This document shows positions 40,269 through 40,285 of a DNA stretch of 40,285 nt, one piece after another; the stretch's first letter is position 1; each line of letters opens with the position of its first letter. This stretch comes from Candidatus Sysuimicrobiota bacterium (GTDB taxonomy: Bacteria > Sysuimicrobiota > Sysuimicrobiia > Sysuimicrobiales > Sysuimicrobiaceae), in the NCBI GenBank assembly GCA_040289515.1, contig PSLI01000017.1:1-40285 (forward strand). Direction: 5' to 3'. Under the pieces are notes generated by a model. That model worked only from the letters and a program-made list of their open reading frames with translations, ran no database searches and was not told where the DNA came from. The position numbers were made by a program, and so were the translations under genes.

Positions 40269-40285
40269 AACCGAAAAGGCATATG

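Overview
High-GC bacterial window, probably from a thermophile (inference from rRNA stems and gene content). (1) 1-3.9 kb, minus strand: a 16S gene and the 5' part of a 23S gene, with a tRNA-less ITS and tandem sigma70 promoters. (2) ~3.9-28.4 kb: an aromatic/acyl-CoA catabolic island. The intact left arm (minus) is paaA-like, DUF59 (PaaD N-half), two PaaB-like genes, paaC-like, a 54-aa Zn-ribbon gene missing from the ORF track (PaaD C-half), ALDH, crotonase, ALDH, a benzoate-CoA-ligase-family enzyme, a Liv-type ABC transporter and a two-subunit CoA-transferase. The divergent arm carries PaaH-like, GcdH-like and MBL genes; TetR and BadH-like SDR genes converge on it. Many deletion-riddled pseudogenes are interspersed. 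Four copies of a 16-bp palindrome (TTRACCGnnCGGTYAA-like) overlap the predicted promoters. The best candidate for an undescribed system is this hybrid pathway, a Paa-type epoxidase with a benzoate-CoA ligase and no paaE/paaK/paaZ/boxB in the window. (3) 28.4-39.6 kb: DUF92, an IMPDH/GMPR-family gene lacking the IMPDH Arg-Tyr flap dyad, a phosphoribosyltransferase and purSQLFMNH, with a 96-bp AT-rich palindromic element fused in frame to the end of purN. (4) An IS200/IS605 left end sitting on the purS start codon, followed by a truncated tnpB. All calls are by motif recognition; no database searches were run.
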